DNA from: Dehalococcoidia bacterium
GTDB taxonomy: Bacteria; Chloroflexota; Dehalococcoidia; UBA6926
DNA length: 64,000 bases
Reading direction: 5' to 3'
Assembly: GCA_045562535.1 (NCBI GenBank)
Contig: JBJKVP010000008.1
Coordinates: 21,180 to 85,179, forward strand
Under the pieces are notes generated by a model, which was given only the letters and a program-made list of their open reading frames with translations, was not told where the DNA came from and made no database searches. Shown here piece by piece: positions 1-9,294 of this stretch. The position numbers were made by a program, and so were the translations under genes. How positions within the stretch are numbered: the first letter of the stretch is position 1; every line of letters begins with the position of its first letter.

Positions 1-872
1 GATCGTTACATCATCTATCACCTGAGACTGCTATAAAAATTCAAGAAGATTTAGGTTCCGATATTATCATGGCATTTGACCAACCTATTTCTTACGGAGC
101 TAACAAAACTGAAGTAACTACAGCAATGAGACGAACCCACTCTTGGCTAACTAGATCCGTGAATGCTCACAGGGGAGGTTCCTTATTGTACGGAATTATC
201 CAAGGGGGAACATACCAGGATTTAAGGGCCGAATCGTCAAAATTTGTAAGTTCATCTCAAGGTATCCAAGGAATTGCGATCGGTGGACTGAGTTTGGGAG
301 AACCAAAGTCAGTGCTATGGGAAATGGTCGACATTTCTAAAGACTTAGTATCTCCTAATATGCCTAAACATTTACTTGGGGTAGGGTCACCCGAAGATTT
401 AGTAGAAGGAGTGGGGAGAGGAATCGATACTTTCGATTGTGTGTTACCGACTCGGATCGCTAGGAAAGGTAGCTTATACACTTCAGAAGGGAGAATAAAC
501 GTTACAAATTCTAAATTCCGTATATCAACCGATCCGATTTCAAATGACTGTGACTGTTACACCTGTAAAAACTATAGCCTGGGGTACCTCAATCATCTTT
601 TTAAATCCAGTGAATTGTTAGCGTACAGATTAGGAACAATACATAATTTACGATTTATTTTTCAATTAATGGAAACCCTGAGAGAATCAATCGCTACTGG
701 AAAATACTTAGAGTTCAAGCGGGATTTCATGAATTCATATGAGCCAGTTCAAGAATCAGTTAGAAGGGAGCAAAAGAGGTTATGGGCTATAAGCCAGGAA
801 CGTAAACAGGAAGATATCGAACGCTCAATTGAATCTGCTTCCAGTGAAGTTAACAATCAACTCCATGAATAA
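1..872 (+). CDS. tgt: queuine tRNA-ribosyltransferase (tRNA-guanine transglycosylase), 5' end outside window
   Basis: The frame is open from base 3 (SLHHLSPETAIKIQEDLGSDIIMAFD precedes the listed Met). Has the GGLSLGE motif and the Zn motif CDCYTC..H typical of Tgt. Confidence 0.9.
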   Translation, partial: SLHHLSPETAIKIQEDLGSDIIMAFDQPISYGANKTEVTTAMRRTHSWLTRSVNAHRGGSLLYGIIQGGTYQDLRAESSKFVSSSQGIQGIAIGGLSLGEPKSVLWEMVDISKDLVSPNMPKHLLGVGSPEDLVEGVGRGIDTFDCVLPTRIARKGSLYTSEGRINVTNSKFRISTDPISNDCDCYTCKNYSLGYLNHLFKSSELLAYRLGTIHNLRFIFQLMETLRESIATGKYLEFKRDFMNSYEPVQESVRREQKRLWAISQERKQEDIERSIESASSEVNNQLHE

Positions 873-884
873 TTTCGAGCTTAC

Positions 885-1160
885 TTAGCCGCCAGCAACT
901 GCTGGAACAATACTTACTTCGTCTCCTGGTGAAAGTTTGGTATCCAAACCATCTAAAAACCGTACATCTTCTCCATTAACATAGATATTCACAAATCTAT
1001 GGAGTTCACCAGAATCATTGAACAGCCTTTCTTTTATCCCTGGGAATCGCTCGTTCAATAGTGCCAGCGCTCCTGACAGAACATCGCTGTCTGCTTCAAA
1101 TACATCTACACCATCGGTAACTTTTCGCAACGGTGTCGGTATCTTCAATTCAATTGCCAT
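885..1160 (-). CDS. MoaD/ThiS-family sulfur-carrier protein
   Basis: 91 aa, ubiquitin-like size, ends in VPAVAGG (C-terminal Gly-Gly). Last gene of the thrC-like/NIL cluster. Confidence 0.8.
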   Translation of the reverse strand: MAIELKIPTPLRKVTDGVDVFEADSDVLSGALALLNERFPGIKERLFNDSGELHRFVNIYVNGEDVRFLDGLDTKLSPGDEVSIVPAVAGG

Positions 1161-1258
1161 GTAATAATGCCCCCCTGGTATATTTTTATCATTAAGAAAC
1201 TATAAACAGTCCAAACTTTTCACGCAAATACAAATTCGTGATTTACTGTCTTTTTATA

Positions 1259-1504
1259 CTAACCTTCAATTACGTCGCCTTCAACGGTATCAACCCGAAC
1301 ACCTTTACTTTTAATCCATGAAATACCGCGGTCGATTTCATCTTTATCACCGTTGAGTTCTAATATTACCCACCCTTGGTCTTCTACTACATTAGCACGT
1401 CGTATGTTGGTGGTAATCTCAAATTCTCTACCTAAAGACCATATTAGTGGGTCCTTGATCAAATCAGGTTTGAACGTGAACCTTACCTTAACGTTAGCCA
1501 TCAC
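1259..1504 (-). CDS. stand-alone NIL-domain protein
   Basis: 81 aa. The pattern VKVRFTF..DPLIWSL..EF.ITTNIRRA.V....GWVILELNGD..EIDRGISWIKSKGVRV matches the NIL fold at the MetN C-terminus. Confidence 0.7.
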   Translation of the reverse strand: MMANVKVRFTFKPDLIKDPLIWSLGREFEITTNIRRANVVEDQGWVILELNGDKDEIDRGISWIKSKGVRVDTVEGDVIEG

Positions 1505-1529
1505 ATCTCCTAACTATATATGCACAATA

Positions 1530-2753
1530 TCATAAGGCCTTAAGTGCATCTTCGAAAGCAGCAAAGTCAGGTTCTATTGTTATGGGATTTACAACCGACT
1601 CAACTACTTCCTGTGTTTTTAGCCCATTTCCTGTTATATACGCTACAGTTAGTTCATCAGGTTTAATCGTTCCTTCTTGAGCCAAAGCTCTTAGAACTCC
1701 TATAGTCACGCCTCCTGCGGTCTCAGTAAATATTCCTTCGGTTTCAGCCAACATTTGCATCGACTCAATAATAATCTCATCCGGAACAGCGTGAGCTGTC
1801 CCTCCTGTTTCTTCTATAACGTTTAATCCATAATATCCGTCTGCTGGGTTACCGATGGCCAGAGATTTAGCAATAGTCTGTGGGCGGATTGGTCGAATTT
1901 CTTTAGTTCCTTCATCATAAGCCGTAACAATAGGGGATGAACCAACCGGTTGAGCCATATGCATCTTAGTTGTAGGTTTATCGATTAACCCCACCCTATG
2001 AAATTCATTATAGCCTTTCCAAATTTTTGTAAACATAGACCCCGAAGCAGATGGAATAACAGCATGGTCCGGAGTACGCCATCCTAATTGCTCTGCAACT
2101 TCATAACCTAGCGTCTTAGATCCTTCTGAATAAAAGGGTCTCACATTAATGTTTACAAATGCCCACCGGTACTGATCGGCTATTTCAGAACAAAGACGAT
2201 TCACATCATCATAGTTCCCTTTAACGGCAACCATTGTCGGTCCGTAAATTGCAGCTCCTATAACTTTACCGATCTCTAGGTCGGCAGGAATGAAAACAAA
2301 TCCCTTCATACCAGCTTTCGCAGCATGGGCTGCCACTGATCCTGCTAGATTACCTGTAGAGGCACAAGCTATAGTGTCAAAACCAAAATCTCTTGCTGCG
2401 GTTGAAGCTACAGCAACCACTCTATCTTTAAAGGAAAAAGTGGGATTAACACTATCATTTTTCAAATAGAGATTATTTAAGCCCAGAAGTTTACCCAGTC
2501 GATCTGCTTTAACTAAAGGGGTAAATCCAGCATTAAGGTCTACAGGATTCGATCCATCAACAGGTAAGAATTCTGCATACCTCCACATCGAATGTGGACC
2601 AGCTTGAATAGACTCTCGCGTCACAGCTTTCTCTATTGCATCATAATCGTACTGGACTTCGACAGGGCCGAAGCAAAAATCACATACATTCATTGGAGAG
2701 AGCGGGTATTCTCTAGAACACTCTTTACATTTATGAACGGTTGTATTCGCCAT
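1530..2753 (-). CDS. thrC: threonine synthase-like PLP enzyme with N-terminal zinc ribbon (ThrC, or a carrier-dependent MetM/CysM-like enzyme)
   Basis: 407 aa. N-terminal CKEC..CDFC ribbon, PLP-lysine motif SFKDR, fold-type II PLP architecture. Confidence 0.8.
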   Translation of the reverse strand: MANTTVHKCKECSREYPLSPMNVCDFCFGPVEVQYDYDAIEKAVTRESIQAGPHSMWRYAEFLPVDGSNPVDLNAGFTPLVKADRLGKLLGLNNLYLKNDSVNPTFSFKDRVVAVASTAARDFGFDTIACASTGNLAGSVAAHAAKAGMKGFVFIPADLEIGKVIGAAIYGPTMVAVKGNYDDVNRLCSEIADQYRWAFVNINVRPFYSEGSKTLGYEVAEQLGWRTPDHAVIPSASGSMFTKIWKGYNEFHRVGLIDKPTTKMHMAQPVGSSPIVTAYDEGTKEIRPIRPQTIAKSLAIGNPADGYYGLNVIEETGGTAHAVPDEIIIESMQMLAETEGIFTETAGGVTIGVLRALAQEGTIKPDELTVAYITGNGLKTQEVVESVVNPITIEPDFAAFEDALKAL

Positions 2754-2877
2754 TTACCACTTTCCTCAAACCATTTTATTAAAAACTCACATCAATATGC
2801 GCTTCTTGGAATTCTATCAGAGGTATCAGTAGGTCACACGTGCATAATTTTAATATTAATGAGTTATTGACATACCA

Positions 2878-2907
2878 AGAGGGCCTCCTATTTTTGGAAG
2901 GCCCTCT
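2878..2907. terminator. hairpin downstream of the crotonase gene
   Basis: AGAGGGCCT (2878-2886) pairs with AGGCCCTCT (2899-2907). The T-run follows on the + strand; the hairpin lies 25 nt past the minus-strand stop at 2932. Confidence 0.5.
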
Positions 2908-2931
2908 TTTATTGACTTTTTTATACAAAAA

Positions 2932-3780
2932 CTATTTGTTTTGCCAGTTCGGCGCCCGCTTTTCAGCAAAGGCAAGAGGCCCTTCTTTAGAATCTTCAGA
3001 ACCACCAACTTGCTTATTCACCCAATCGCTAAGTTGATAATGTTCGTTAATTTGTAGGTTCCTCCAGTAGTTAGCTACCGCCTTAACTCCTTGAACCGCT
3101 ATAGGTGCATTTTCACAGATCATCTTTGCGATCTCGATCGCCCGAGGTAGAAGATCATCGGGTTCAACTACTTCGTGGACCAATCCCATTCGAAGAGCGA
3201 CCTCCGGTGTAATCCTATCACCTGTGAGTCCAACGTACATTGCTTCACCAAAAGCGACCAGACGTGGGAGAATATGCATTCCCGAGCCAGGCATAATCCC
3301 TCTCTTTACTTCAAAAAGGCCCATGTAGGCTTCTGTGGAAATAATTCTAATATCGGCATCGATTGCTCGTTCAGTTCCGCCTCCAACTGCTAAACCATTT
3401 ATAGCCGCTATTATCGGCTTAGGAGACCTAGAAAAAGAAAACAACGATCCAATTGGGCCGCCTTGCTGGCCGCCTGTAATTCTGTAGAGTTCTTTTGCTC
3501 TCTCATCTCCATCAATTTCGCCTTTGCTAAATTTTTCATTAACCTCGGCGATTTGAGTGTTCCGTCCACTCATCTCTCGAAGATCTGCTCCGGCAGAAAA
3601 AGCGCGACCATTTCCGGTCACAATCCCAGCCCACATTTCTCGATCGTTATTGAAATCATGTAAAGCAACATTGAGTTCTTCGTTCATACTGCCGCCCATA
3701 GCATTTAGCGCCTGAGGACGATTCATCGTGAAAACCGCGTAATGTTCTTCTTCGTTTTTCTCATAAAGTAAGTCAGCCAT
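2932..3780 (-). CDS. enoyl-CoA hydratase/isomerase (crotonase) family protein
   Basis: 282 aa. Crotonase motifs FSAGADLREM and AAINGLAVGGG. Confidence 0.85.
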   Translation of the reverse strand: MADLLYEKNEEEHYAVFTMNRPQALNAMGGSMNEELNVALHDFNNDREMWAGIVTGNGRAFSAGADLREMSGRNTQIAEVNEKFSKGEIDGDERAKELYRITGGQQGGPIGSLFSFSRSPKPIIAAINGLAVGGGTERAIDADIRIISTEAYMGLFEVKRGIMPGSGMHILPRLVAFGEAMYVGLTGDRITPEVALRMGLVHEVVEPDDLLPRAIEIAKMICENAPIAVQGVKAVANYWRNLQINEHYQLSDWVNKQVGGSEDSKEGPLAFAEKRAPNWQNK

Positions 3781-3899
3781 AATCCCCCCAAATTGTTTTA
3801 TGTTAGAAGCCTTAGATTAGGTTGCAACCATGGTTCTGTCAAGGTGCACGCCGTAAACTTTGGCTATATATCATTAATCTACAGCCAACTGCCTCAAAC

Positions 3900-3977
3900 T
3901 TAATGTCTTTTCTCTGTGATTAATATTTTTTTTAGTAAATTTACTGAGTATTATGGCTATTACACAAAAGACATTAA
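3900..3977. repeat. nested inverted repeat in the crotonase/fbp divergent intergenic region
   Basis: TTAATGTCTTTT (3900-3911) is the exact reverse complement of AAAAGACATTAA (3966-3977). A central perfect palindrome AGTAAATTTACT lies at 3934-3945. Confidence 0.6.
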
Positions 3978-4075
3978 TTAGATGATTGACTTAACCAATA
4001 TTAAGCATTGTCGCCATGGCATATCAGAGGTATGATTCATGGGTTAGTTAAATTTTTGGGGGAGGATCTTATAAC

Positions 4076-5209
4076 ATGCGATTAACAATCTCAGGGATAA
4101 AAGCCGATGTTGGTTCTATTGGAGGGCATACTGAACCTACCATAGAAATGCTGGATAAAGTAAAAAGTAATGTCGCTCAAGCTATTTCCAGTGGACTTAT
4201 AATTGATGGTTTCGTGTTTCACGTAGGAGACGATATTGCGATTGTGATGACCCATACGAAAGGGAAAGACAACGAGGAAATCCATCAATTTGCTTGGGAT
4301 AGCTTTCTTGATGCTACAGCAATAGCTCAAGAATTCGGGCTTTATGGGGCAGGGCAAGATCTACTGGTCGACGCTCCTTCTGGAAATGTTAGGGGTGCTG
4401 GACCTGGAGTAGCAGAAATTGAGTTCGAGCATGATCCCCAGAAGGGCAACGACACAAGACCCGCCGAGTCTTTTAACGTATTCGCAGCGGATAAGTGTGG
4501 CCCCGGTGCATACAACTTACCGATATTCTTAGGTTTCGCGGATCCTATGTATTGTGGCGGCTTAATGCTTCCTAAAATGATCAATGGTTTCAAATTCCGA
4601 ATTATTGACATGAATAATACAGATGGCGACAGCATAATAGAGCTAAACGCACCAGAGGATTACTATAAATTAACAGTCCTCTTGAGAGACAACGAACGAT
4701 TTGGAATAGAGAGAATATCATCCCGTACCTATGAAGACCAAGACTCTGTTGCTATTTCAGCACAGAGACTTCATAACATAGCCGGGACATATACTGGTAA
4801 AGATGATCCAATAGCAATAGTCCGAAATCAAGGCATTTTCCCAGCTCCCGAAGAGCTAGTATCTCCGTTTGCCAAGGCTCACTATATTGGTGGAGATGCT
4901 CGAGGTTCTCACGTTATGCCTTTAATGCCCGTACCAATGAATACACCGGTTACAGGAATCTACTGCTTACCAATTGTTGAGTGTTTAGGTTTCTCGATCA
5001 GTGCAGAAGGCAAATTCTCAAATCATTACGTTGACTTTTTTGATAACCCTGCTTGGGACCTTACGAGGATGAAAGCACAGGAGAAAGCAATGCATATGAG
5101 AGATCAAGGTTGGTCAGGGCCCGCTATGTTACCGTACTCCGAATTGGAATACAGTGGCTTTAGAAACATTGTTGAGGGACTCGAGGCACAATTCGAAATT
5201 TCAGATTGA
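4076..5209 (+). CDS. fbp: fructose-1,6-bisphosphate aldolase/phosphatase (class V FBPase)
   Basis: 377 aa. The N-terminus MRLTISGIKADVGSIGGHT is diagnostic of the bifunctional FBP aldolase/phosphatase family. GGGGGAGGA SD upstream. Confidence 0.9.
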   Translation: MRLTISGIKADVGSIGGHTEPTIEMLDKVKSNVAQAISSGLIIDGFVFHVGDDIAIVMTHTKGKDNEEIHQFAWDSFLDATAIAQEFGLYGAGQDLLVDAPSGNVRGAGPGVAEIEFEHDPQKGNDTRPAESFNVFAADKCGPGAYNLPIFLGFADPMYCGGLMLPKMINGFKFRIIDMNNTDGDSIIELNAPEDYYKLTVLLRDNERFGIERISSRTYEDQDSVAISAQRLHNIAGTYTGKDDPIAIVRNQGIFPAPEELVSPFAKAHYIGGDARGSHVMPLMPVPMNTPVTGIYCLPIVECLGFSISAEGKFSNHYVDFFDNPAWDLTRMKAQEKAMHMRDQGWSGPAMLPYSELEYSGFRNIVEGLEAQFEISD

Positions 5210-5296
5210 TTCTGGAGGTGCACCGTAGAAAATCAACAGCTTAAACTTCTAATTGCAACTAATAACAATGGGAAACTGGCAGAGTTAACCTCGCTT

Positions 5297-5839
5297 TTGA
5301 AAGACTCACATATCCAAGTTACCAGCCCTGGGTTAGAGAATATTGATATAGAAGTCGAAGAAAATGGATTTTCACTTAAAGAGAATGCATCGTTAAAAGC
5401 TAAGGAGTTTAACCGTGTTTCAGGACTGCCTTGTTTATCCGACGATTCCGGCCTATTTGTAAACTACCTTGATGGAAGACCAGGAATACATAGTGCCAGA
5501 TATGCTGGTATTAATGCTTCGGACCAAGATCTGGTAAATAAATTACTAAATGAACTTGACGGGGTAGAAGAATCAAAAAGAAACGCTTACTTTGAATGCG
5601 TAATTGCTATCATAGATAATAAAGGGGAAGAGTATTTTTTTTCTGGGAGATCTGAAGGTAAAATAACAAAACAACCGAAAGGAAATAATGGATTTGGGTA
5701 TGACCCAATATTCTTTGTTCCGAAATTTGATAAAACTATGGCTGAGTTGACAAAACCAGAAAAGAACGAGGTCAGTCACAGAAGCAAGGCGATGAAACAA
5801 GCCATTGAGTTTATAAACTCAATGGGTATCAATAGATAA
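5297..5839 (+). CDS. rdgB: non-canonical purine NTP pyrophosphatase (RdgB/HAM1 family); the true start is probably upstream of the listed TTG
   Basis: FGYDPIF and SHR motifs. The conserved N-terminal strand and phosphate-binding motif LKLLIATNNNGKLAEL is encoded in frame at 5240-5296, with no ATG/GTG/TTG before it. Confidence 0.85.
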   Translation: MKDSHIQVTSPGLENIDIEVEENGFSLKENASLKAKEFNRVSGLPCLSDDSGLFVNYLDGRPGIHSARYAGINASDQDLVNKLLNELDGVEESKRNAYFECVIAIIDNKGEEYFFSGRSEGKITKQPKGNNGFGYDPIFFVPKFDKTMAELTKPEKNEVSHRSKAMKQAIEFINSMGINR

Positions 5840-5885
5840 ACCAAATAAGTTAATATAAAGACCAACAATCTAAAGGAAATATAAA

Positions 5886-6926
5886 TTGTCGACACAAACA
5901 ACAGGGTTAAGGGATCTTCTTGGTAGACTACTACAAGACGTTCGAATCTCGGTAACCGACCGATGCAATTTTAGATGCCCTTATTGCATGCCTGCAGAGA
6001 TATTTGGCGAACGATATCAATTCCTACCCCAGAGTGAAATACTTAGTTTTGAGGAAATAACCAGGCTCGCACGTGTTTTTGTAGGCCTTGGGGTTACAAA
6101 GATCCGTGTAACTGGTGGCGAGCCTCTACTCCGATCAAATTTACCTGACTTAATCCGAATGATGTCAAATATTGATGGATTAGAAGATTTATCTCTAACT
6201 ACAAATGGATACTTACTTCCACAAATGGCGCATGATTTAAAAGAAGCAGGCCTTAACCGAGTCACCATAAGCTTAGATAGTTTAGACGACGATGTTTTTG
6301 GCGAAATGAATGGAAGAGGTTTCGGGGTAGCCAAGATTCTAGAGGCGATTGAAGTTGCAGAGAAGGAAGGCCTGACACCAATCAAAATAAATACTGTGGT
6401 TAAAAAAGGAGTTAACGATCATACTCTTCTGGATTTAATCGAACATTTCAAAGGATCTAATCAAATCTTGAGATTAATAGAATATATGGACGTTGGTACC
6501 CTAAACGGTTGGCAAATGGATGAAGTCCTACCATCAAAAACTATAGTCGAATCCATCAATGCAAAGTACCCAATATCACCGAAACAGAAAACAAAAAATA
6601 GTGAGACAGCTGATCGCTACGAATATACAGATGGTACAGGTGAACTTGGTTTCATATCATCAGTATCAGAACCATTTTGTGCATCCTGTACAAGAGCAAG
6701 AGTATCCACAGATGGAAAATTGTTCACTTGCTTATTTGCTTCCGAGGGTATGGATCTTATGTCATTGGTTAGAGATAGCTCGGTATCTGACAACGATATA
6801 GAAAAGGCTATCACCGGTGTCTGGGAGAACCGTTCCGACCAATACTCTGAAGAAAGAACAGCACAAACGAACGAAAACTCTCCATCGAACAAGTCTAAAG
6901 TTGAGATGTACCAAATCGGTGGCTAA
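5886..6926 (+). CDS. moaA: GTP 3',8-cyclase (molybdenum cofactor biosynthesis protein A)
   Basis: Radical-SAM CNFRCPYC motif, C-terminal CASC..R cluster motif, ends in GG. Confidence 0.9.
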   Translation: MSTQTTGLRDLLGRLLQDVRISVTDRCNFRCPYCMPAEIFGERYQFLPQSEILSFEEITRLARVFVGLGVTKIRVTGGEPLLRSNLPDLIRMMSNIDGLEDLSLTTNGYLLPQMAHDLKEAGLNRVTISLDSLDDDVFGEMNGRGFGVAKILEAIEVAEKEGLTPIKINTVVKKGVNDHTLLDLIEHFKGSNQILRLIEYMDVGTLNGWQMDEVLPSKTIVESINAKYPISPKQKTKNSETADRYEYTDGTGELGFISSVSEPFCASCTRARVSTDGKLFTCLFASEGMDLMSLVRDSSVSDNDIEKAITGVWENRSDQYSEERTAQTNENSPSNKSKVEMYQIGG

Positions 6927-6944
6927 CAGTATGGGAGTAGAATA

Positions 6945-7433
6945 ATGAATGACAAACTAAGTCATATGGACCCTAAAACTGGAGCTAAAATGGTAGATGT
7001 TAGTACTAAAGAAACTAGTGCGAGAGAAGCAGTTGCCAGAGGCAAAGTAATCGTTAACCAGAAGGTCATAAATGCCATAATGGAATCCAACAATCCCAAA
7101 GGCGACGTGCTTTCAACGGCCAAAATTGCTGGAATTATGTCCGCCAAAAATACTTCTTCCTTAATTCCGCTTTGTCATCCCATCAATTTATCGTTTATTG
7201 ATACACAGTTAAATATTAATAGCGATGAAAATTGGATCGAAATAGAGTCAACTGTGAGAACTACTGAAAAAACAGGTGTTGAAATGGAGGCTCTCACTGC
7301 AGTAAGTATTGCTGCGCTAACCGTATACGATATGTGCAAAGCCTTAGATAAAACCATGGTCATTGATGAAATTAGACTAATTAAAAAAACTGGCGGTGCT
7401 AGCGGAAACTACGAACGAAATAGTTCCAGCTGA
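6945..7433 (+). CDS. moaC: cyclic pyranopterin monophosphate synthase MoaC
   Basis: 162 aa. LIPLCHPI and TGVEMEALTA motifs. Follows moaA. Confidence 0.9.
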   Translation: MNDKLSHMDPKTGAKMVDVSTKETSAREAVARGKVIVNQKVINAIMESNNPKGDVLSTAKIAGIMSAKNTSSLIPLCHPINLSFIDTQLNINSDENWIEIESTVRTTEKTGVEMEALTAVSIAALTVYDMCKALDKTMVIDEIRLIKKTGGASGNYERNSSS

Positions 7434-7441
7434 AGTTATCA

Positions 7442-8299
7442 CTAATTGATCATCTTAATAGTCTCAGTTGCCACTAAATCTGGATCTTCCATGTAAATCG
7501 CATGACCTAGATTTTCATAAACAGACAAATTGGCTTTCGGTAATGTTTTTGAAAATGGTATCAGGTGACTTTCTAAAATTGAATTGCCTCCCGCAACCAT
7601 GATAGAAACCGGAGTGTCGATATCTGATGCCTTGTCCATCAACGAAAATTCATCCTTTTTCATTTCACCGATGTTGTAGGAATTCAAATGCCACATTGCT
7701 TCTGCTTTTCCATCTTCATGAATTATTGTCTCTAGGTCTAAAACATCTTGAAGAACTTCTTCTGTCCACACTTTAGTCATAGAATTGGTCATTAATCGCT
7801 TTTCGAGTTCTTCTAAATTATCCCAGGTATTTCGTCGTCCTCTACCTTGGATTTCATTTAATTCGTCGTCTAAAATACCTACCCGAACATAGTGTTCGGG
7901 TCCTTGCATAACAGGTTCTATTAATATCATTCCTAATATGTTCTGAGAGTTTTTTGCTGCATAAAGGCCTGTTGAAGCCCCTCCCAAAGAATGAGCCATG
8001 AGGTAATGCTTCTCGTCTCCTATGATTTCTTTGATCATGTACTCAGTGTCTAAAGCTTTATCTTTGGTCATATAACCTGTTTTAGGTGCGTCGCTTCTAC
8101 CATGTCCTAACATATCTAATGCCAAAACTCTAAATTTACTTCTTATTCTTCTTGAAACCGCATTCCAGCTTTGGGCAGTTCGTCTTGAACCATGGATCAA
8201 AAATATCGGGGGACCGCTCCCACCCCAATCCAAAGCATGTAAATTTACGCCATTTCTATCAATATATATGCTTTGAGTATTGTCTTGGTTTTGTCTCAT
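7442..8299 (-). CDS. alpha/beta-fold hydrolase
   Basis: 285 aa. HGS oxyanion region and nucleophile elbow AHSLGG. Confidence 0.75.
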   Translation of the reverse strand: MRQNQDNTQSIYIDRNGVNLHALDWGGSGPPIFLIHGSRRTAQSWNAVSRRIRSKFRVLALDMLGHGRSDAPKTGYMTKDKALDTEYMIKEIIGDEKHYLMAHSLGGASTGLYAAKNSQNILGMILIEPVMQGPEHYVRVGILDDELNEIQGRGRRNTWDNLEELEKRLMTNSMTKVWTEEVLQDVLDLETIIHEDGKAEAMWHLNSYNIGEMKKDEFSLMDKASDIDTPVSIMVAGGNSILESHLIPFSKTLPKANLSVYENLGHAIYMEDPDLVATETIKMIN

Positions 8300-8306
8300 T
8301 CTGTCG

Positions 8307-9092
8307 TTAAATCTTTTCGAATTGAGACTTAAACCAGGGTAGTCCGTTTACCATTTCGACCTCATAATCCCCAAAAAGAACCTGGTATTTTTCCATAAGA
8401 AGTTCGCCCACTTTACCGAAGACTAGTCTTATCTCTTCTTCAGCTGAAGGCTCTGTTCTGGCTTCAATAACGTGACGTAAAGTCCTTATATTAGCGCTCC
8501 ACCCCACACTGGTTGCGACTCCTATTGGAGCGATCCTTCTCATAGCACTAGTTATTTCTTTCTTTTTCGAAAATGCCTTGCCATCTTCGTCCAATTCATA
8601 GTGCTCGGCCATAAGACGCTGTAATTCTTCCAGTTGAGAAAAGGTTTTTACAAATACTTCCATCATTTCATCATCTTCTTTAACAGAAGTAGGAGCCCAC
8701 ATCCCCAGATCATCTAACCTAACAAACCTCAAGCTTTCTTGTGATACCGCTGTACCCGCTCTATGTCTCACCAATTCATGTGTGAAAACTCTGCTAACGT
8801 CGGAAAAGACAAAATTTAAGACGCTATGCTCCAAAACAGAACCATGCCCTGTCCTGATTATGTTCTCCAAATGGGATTTGTTATCCGGTCGAACCCTTGT
8901 AACATTTGGATTCAACCCCGGTTCAAAGCTCCGGTAACATAGTCGGCCCATAAATTCAGATAAAGCCTCTGAATCCGTGTTCGCGTCAGTAGACCAGTCA
9001 GGTACACCAACGTGATCCAGATAAGCATTTAATCCTTCAGGTAATAATTTAGTTTCGCCAATCAAAAAGACTTTAGGTTCAACATCGTGCAT
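8307..9092 (-). CDS. thyX: FAD-dependent thymidylate synthase
   Basis: ThyX signature RHRAGTAVSQESLRF (RHR..S....S.R). Confidence 0.9.
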   Translation of the reverse strand: MHDVEPKVFLIGETKLLPEGLNAYLDHVGVPDWSTDANTDSEALSEFMGRLCYRSFEPGLNPNVTRVRPDNKSHLENIIRTGHGSVLEHSVLNFVFSDVSRVFTHELVRHRAGTAVSQESLRFVRLDDLGMWAPTSVKEDDEMMEVFVKTFSQLEELQRLMAEHYELDEDGKAFSKKKEITSAMRRIAPIGVATSVGWSANIRTLRHVIEARTEPSAEEEIRLVFGKVGELLMEKYQVLFGDYEVEMVNGLPWFKSQFEKI

Positions 9093-9199
9093 ATCATTCC
9101 CCTATCCACTAGCGACACAAACCGTTCCATCAGTTGTCGTTCACTTAAAGTGTCTCAACCCGTTCAAATATTTTCCATTTAATATCTTACTTTATACCA

Positions 9200-9276
9200 T
9201 GGTGGGCGGCGAGGGACTCGAACCCCCGACTTTCTGCGTGTAAAGCAGACGCTCTAACCAACTGAGCTAGCCGCCC
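9200..9276 (-). tRNA. tRNA-Val (anticodon TAC), CCA encoded
   Basis: Hand fold: acceptor GGGCGGC/GCCGCCC, anticodon stem TCTGC/GCAGA, loop TTTACAC, T-arm GGGGGTTCGAGTCCCTC. Confidence 0.9.
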
Positions 9277-9294
9277 TTATACCATAACCCAAAA

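Noticed and set aside
5207-5209. The TGA between fbp and the in-frame rdgB, considered as a third Sec or read-through site.
   Set aside because: The fbp protein is complete at this stop. The 10 codons after it show no homology to either family and there is no downstream hairpin. It is treated as a true stop with an unresolved rdgB start.
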